A stretch of 64,000 nt of DNA, taken from contig OZ024753.1 in NCBI GenBank assembly GCA_964016885.1, positions 38,626,001 to 38,690,000 on the forward strand. The letters run 5' to 3'. Source of the DNA: Eledone cirrhosa (Eukaryota). A program made the translations under genes and the position numbers. Under the pieces are notes generated by a model. That model was not told where the DNA came from. It searched no databases and saw only the letters and a list, made by a program, of their open reading frames with translations. Below are positions 58,343 through 64,000 of this stretch, in pieces (the stretch's first letter is position 1; each line of letters starts with the position of its first letter).

Positions 58343-60045
58343 AACAATAACTATAATAATAACAACAATTCATGTACCAACCATAACAGAAATAACAATA
58401 ACAACGTTAACAGTAGGGAAAACAATAACAACTATAATAATAATAATAATAGTACCCACAATTATAACGGTAGATTTAATGACAACCCCTTAGAAAACCT
58501 GTTCTTCAACCCAGCTTACAAAACATACAAGATTAAGTAAATATACCCTACTAAATTACCATTTATTAAAAGCGTTTTTATACCACAACAAATAGAAGAC
58601 CAAACAGAGGCAGTGTTTACTATAGATAGGAATAAACTTAGACAAGTAGTAGAACAAACACTAGGAGACAAAACAGACCAGAAATTCAACAACTTGGAAG
58701 AAAACCTTCAGAAGGCCTACTTAGCCTCATGTGGCCACTAAGGATGGTGAGGTAATGTGTCTACTTAAAGACAAATCCAGTAGGATGTCAATAGACAGCA
58801 TGCCGAACTACATCAAGGCTATGCTACCCCACATCATCAACACGAGCGAAACAATACCACAGACACATAAGGAGAGAGAAAAGATCCTCAATGCTCACAT
58901 GATGATATGGATTAACATCCTAAAACCAAGTATGACATACCACCCTTATATGGACTCCGCAAAGACCATAAAACAACTAACGACCCTATGACAGGACCAC
59001 CAACAAGACCTATATGAGGAGCTAATATTGCCAGTAACTACAGGATCCCCTACTTCCTCTCTATGATTATATGCCCCATAATTAAGATGTCCCCAGATAT
59101 ATGTGACAGCACAGAGGACTTCCTTAGTAGAATCAATGAATGCAACAACAACGAAAACTTAACAAACTGCATGATAGGCAGTATGGATATAATATCCCTG
59201 TACCCATCCATTGACATTGATTTTGCTGTAGAAAAATGTGTGGAAATAATCAGTGAGAGTGAAGTGGAGTTCTGCAACGTTGACATGGATGTACTGGGCC
59301 TCCTACTTAGACTTACTTATGCCACTGAATATTTAGTTAATTATGACCTCAGCAGTTTCTGCCCCAGTAGACCTATAAGAGGTAGACCCTCCCACTATAA
59401 CCTCAATGGCTCAAAGTACTCCCATAGGAAGATGGAAACAATGATCAGGTGAGAAAAATGGTCGCACATTCCATAGGGGCTAGTATTAAAACTTCCCTAA
59501 AGGGCCACATGTTTAAATTTAATGAGAAAATCTACACCCAGAATGAGGCAACAGCCATTGGCGTCATCATAGCTGGCAATGTTGCCAACTTATTTATGGT
59601 ATGGTGGGAAAGGAGACTCAGAGAACTCCTATAAGATAACTCCAAAACCCTCGTCGTGTACTCTCATTACGTAGACAATATCAATATCATAATAAGAACC
59701 CCTCCCCACAAAAGAGTACCTATCAACCTGAACTAGATAGTAACGCAATAGAGAGCATCCAGCAGATAGCTAACTCCATACACCAGAGCATAACTGTAAC
59801 TATTGACTACCCTTCCAAACACCCTAACAATAGACTACCACTATTAGACACGGAACTCTGGTTAAACACTATAAACGTGAGGTCCCAAATTCATCCAGTG
59901 AAAACCAATCCAAACCAAACAGTGAGTGTGTTTTATTATTACTATTCCTGCCAATATTATAACAATATGACCTTCCCCAAATATAACAATATTTGTTTCA
60001 ACACACAACTCCATATCTCCATATCAAAAACCTTTCAAAACAAAT
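58343..60045 (+). pseudogene. Penelope-like reverse transcriptase pseudogene, right copy, with 3' end
   Basis: SMDIISLYPSID, FKFNEKIYTQNEATAIGVIIAGNVANLFMVWW (motif B'), VYSHYVDNI (catalytic D lost), DYPSKHPNNRLPLLDTELW; deletion at ~59892 joins the family I tail. Confidence 0.8.
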
Positions 60046-60048
60046 ATA

Positions 60049-60098
<50 letters not shown>

Positions 60099-60351
60099 AA
60101 TCTTTTAAAATCTTTTATGTAGTTTTGGAGAAATCTGGCTGAACATGTATTGAAGAAAATGAAAGCAAGAGAAGGATGATACATAACAGAACTAACAGAG
60201 AACAGATGTAACTGTAACTCAGCAGATAGCATTGGACAATGAAACAAATAAATTTATGAAAAGACATCTGAAATAAATAGTTGTGTGTATATATATATAT
60301 ATATATATATGTATAAATAAATATAAAAATATTATAAATATAAATATATAT

Positions 60352-60382
<31 letters not shown>

Positions 60383-60434
60383 ATTATATATATATATATA
60401 AATAAATATAAAAATATTATAAATATAAATATAT

Positions 60435-60465
<31 letters not shown>

Positions 60466-60489
60466 ATTATATATATATATATATATATA

Positions 60490-60526
<37 letters not shown>

Positions 60527-60762
60527 TTGTGATTTTTGTCTATCATCAATAAATGGAATGACCATCAACATGAGATATGTTATTTTTTGTTATTTATTTG
60601 ATATTACCTTTGTTGGTGTTGGTGTTGTTGTAGCTTTTTTTTTGTATTATTATCGCTATTATATAAACATGCAGACACAAACGTAAATAAATGAGAAAAC
60701 AAAGAAATGTATATCTATAATATGCATATGTGAATATATATATATGTATATATATATTTACA

Positions 60763-60804
<42 letters not shown>

Positions 60805-60938
60805 TATAAATATATGTATATACACAGATATATATATATATATATATGAATAAATATTTGTGTATATACATATATATGTATATAAATAAATGTAAATATA
60901 TATATATATATATAATAGGGTGTTAGCACTAACATAGC

Positions 60939-60989
<51 letters not shown>

Positions 60990-61393
60990 ACATATTGACT
61001 CGCAGTACTGGAGAGGGCTGATTATATAAAATGACAAGACAATCCCCATAAAATTTTATGTTTTTTGTTCTGTGTGTAAGGACGAGAAGAACACGCCCAT
61101 GTATTACAAAGATAAAATATACACAAAAAACTGTCCCGTGTCTGAAGTTTTTTTCTCTCTAAAGAGTACAATAGATTTCTCTATTTGACTTTAGCTTAAG
61201 GCATCATTTAAGATAGATATTTTTACAAATAGTTTGTGTGGATGGCTGCGATGGACGCGAGGTAAATTACTACACAATCACTGCAAACCATAGTGTTGAA
61301 TGTTGAACAATAGGTACAAAGGGAGTAATTATGGTTTGAAGGATCTGTTATTGGAAGTAGTTATTTCTCTCAGTCTGCTTGTCTGTCTGTCTG

Positions 61394-61447
<54 letters not shown>

Positions 61448-61522
61448 TTATATTTATATATATATTTATTTATATTTATATATATATATATTTATATATT
61501 TATATATATTTATATATATATA

Positions 61523-61572
<50 letters not shown>

Positions 61573-61630
61573 TATATATTTATATATATATATTTATATA
61601 TATATATATTTATATATATATTTATATATA

Positions 61631-61700
<70 letters not shown>

Positions 61701-63050
61701 CATATGCTTTCTTAGATATATGCATCGGTGTGAGAATGAATGAATGCTAGAGAGAACGTAAGACAATGAAAGCAAGAAATACAGAATGCATACAAACTTA
61801 CACACATGCACACACATACTCTTATATATAGAGATATATACACACATATACACTAGGAGTTTGTATGTGTATATGCTTTGTGTGTGTACATATATGACCA
61901 CTATGAGGTTAACATCTCGAAGGCAATGCCTTCTGTCAACAAAGAATCCTAAATAAGTACAAACTATGCCAGGGATAAAAGAGATATAATGATAGAAGAC
62001 TCTAATAACCCAAAGATGAGACAGGGAAATGAAAAGAATCGAGTGTATTGTGTCTTAGAGAAATTAAGACATAATCAGTAGCTGACACTAAAATTCCATC
62101 ATTGCACTAAAGCAAAAACACTATATAATAGATGAAGATGTGCCTGGGGGGTTAATAAGTTTGTCTCACAATCGCGAAGTACCAGGTTCGATCCCAGAGA
62201 GAGGCATATATTTCAGGCAAGTTGTCTTTACCAAAGCCTCAGGTCAACCCAAGCATTGTGAGTGACATTGTGTAGACAGAATCTGTGTAGAAGCCTGAAA
62301 TATTGATGCCAGCTGTAACTGAAATGTGTAGGTTGAGTGTGGTGCTAAACACACACTCAGTGTCACACTAAAGTGTGGGTCTAAACACTGAGTGTGGGTC
62401 TAAACACACACACACATCACATATTTGGTTTGTACCATTGAAGGAGCCATCTTCCTTTTATTTGTTCTACCTACGAATGTTATTTTTGACAGTCTAATCT
62501 TGACACATTCTGTATGATACTGATTCAGTTTGGGAATTACATTATGTCTATGGAATACTGAACCACAGATATGTCAATTCTCCCCGTGCGACAGCGATAT
62601 CTCCCACCCATTTTAGAGTGGGTGAGAGATGTTTTCTCTTGTGAAAAAATGGGTATAGCATGTAAAATCTCTCCATTTTGGGTCACTTTTTTTCATGGTA
62701 CTCTTCGTTTATGTTTTTAGAGGTTGGCCAGTCTATTATTCTATCAGCATATATTTATTTACCACACCACCATACACACAGGAATTGTTATTTGTGTTTT
62801 GAAATTCAACAAAGGTTCTTACATAGAATTATAATGAAAGATTTTTAGATAATTATAAACATTCTATTAGTCAAAGTATGATGGTACTCCCTGTTTGGGT
62901 TTTTAGAGGTTGGCAGATCTGGAACCACTTAGACATTAAATCACCATTAGCATATTCAAATACTCAAACAACTGATGGCTCATCGTCGAAACTGACGTAA
63001 GATCCTCCACCCCACCACTGCAATGTGCAGTGTATTATTAAATCTGATTG

Positions 63051-63307
63051 CAGGGTGGATTGGCAGTATTGGTAGAGGGTTGGACCCCATGCTTTGCAGC
63101 AAAAAGTTACGGCCCTTTATGGTCAGAGTTCAAATCCTGAGTTCAAATATACTGATAGAATAATAGACTGGCCAACCTCTAAAAACATAAATGAGGAGTA
63201 CCATGAAAAAAAGTGACCCAAATGCCTTTCATCCTTAAGGGGTCAATAAAATAAAGTACCAGTAATGCACTGGGATAATTGCTGGCCTTGTGCCAAAAGT
63301 AGAAACA
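63051..63307 (+). mobile_element. SINE family 1 carrying an internal templated insertion
   Basis: 17-bp TSD attattaaatctgattg at 63034 and 63308; foreign insert 63145-63222. Confidence 0.85.
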
Positions 63308-63721
63308 ATTATTAAATCTGATTGTATGGTAAATGTTTCAGATATATAAATATCTCAGTGCCAGCAATATGACACAAACTGCTTGTCCACTAGACATTTC
63401 TGTTAACTACCCTATCCTATTGGACTTCTATCCTCCTCAAATATACTCCCTACTCTTGCAGACAAATAAACAAACATACATCAATTTATATTCAGTTATG
63501 AGGTTCACCATGGACACTCTTATTTAGTTTTTTCCTTCACTTATCCTCTTAATTCCATGTTAAGTACCAGGGAAGAGAGTGAGGGGGGGGGGGGCTATAA
63601 GAGTGATTTACAATGAGTGAGTGAGTAAAAGAAATAGATAAATAGATTGACAGATAGAAACAGGAGTAGATAGATATACAGACAGACACAGACACATACA
63701 CACATATATGTATATATACAT

Positions 63722-63749
<28 letters not shown>

Positions 63750-63753
<4 letters not shown>

Positions 63754-64000
63754 TATTATTATGTAATAAACAACATAAGGCAATTATTCCATTTACCAGT
63801 GGTTTCTTAAAAGCAAAAGGTTTTGCTTTCAATCCTCAGAATGAAAAATCCTGGTTTGTTTATTGAATATGGATCTAAAAAAAAAACAAAAAAAAAAAAC
63901 TTTCTGTTGCCTACATAGAGCACTCTTTTTTCCTGTTGCCTACATAGAGCACTCTTTTTTCCTGTTGCCTACATAGAGCACTCTTTTTTCCTGGACTTTT
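63750..64000 (+). mobile_element. Family F island: inverted HHR segment plus tail with a triplicated 29-mer
   Basis: Homologous to 10891-11085; ctgttgcctacatagagcactcttttttc three times from 63904. Confidence 0.8.
63787..63846 (-). ncRNA. Type I hammerhead ribozyme (family F)
   Basis: Minus strand: tttcatt CTGAGGA ttgaaagcaaaa cc ttttgcttttaa GAAA cca c tgg TA aatggaa. Confidence 0.75.

Overview
AT-rich, microsatellite-saturated eukaryotic non-coding DNA with no supportable host gene; the repeat repertoire suggests a cephalopod such as Octopus (inference). Nearly all listed ORFs are (TA)n/(CA)n/(GA)n/(CCA)n artefacts. The main signal is a set of short sequence islands inside (TA)n tracts belonging to 8-10 families that look unrelated by eye. 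Many carry minimal type I hammerhead ribozyme (HHR) motifs (CUGANGA-stem II-GAAA-short palindromic stem III-UH, closed by stem I). Many share one architecture: (TA)n, inverted copy, forward copy, 3' tail with an RCTC...GAGY stem, (TA)n, producing near-perfect palindromes up to 585 bp. These look like miniature ORF-less Penelope-like (PLE) pseudo-LTR or retrozyme-like elements targeting TA repeats. PLE protein debris (two RT copies, a YIG fragment, an ADKT fragment) is also present. Other content: a ~9.5-kb inverted repeat centred near 55,081, several (TA)n-centred fold-backs, a Chapaev3-type transposon, RTE LINE fragments and derivatives, two tRNA-SINE families, and mariner- and piggyBac-type MITEs. 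All structures were paired by eye; nothing was folded, aligned or searched computationally.
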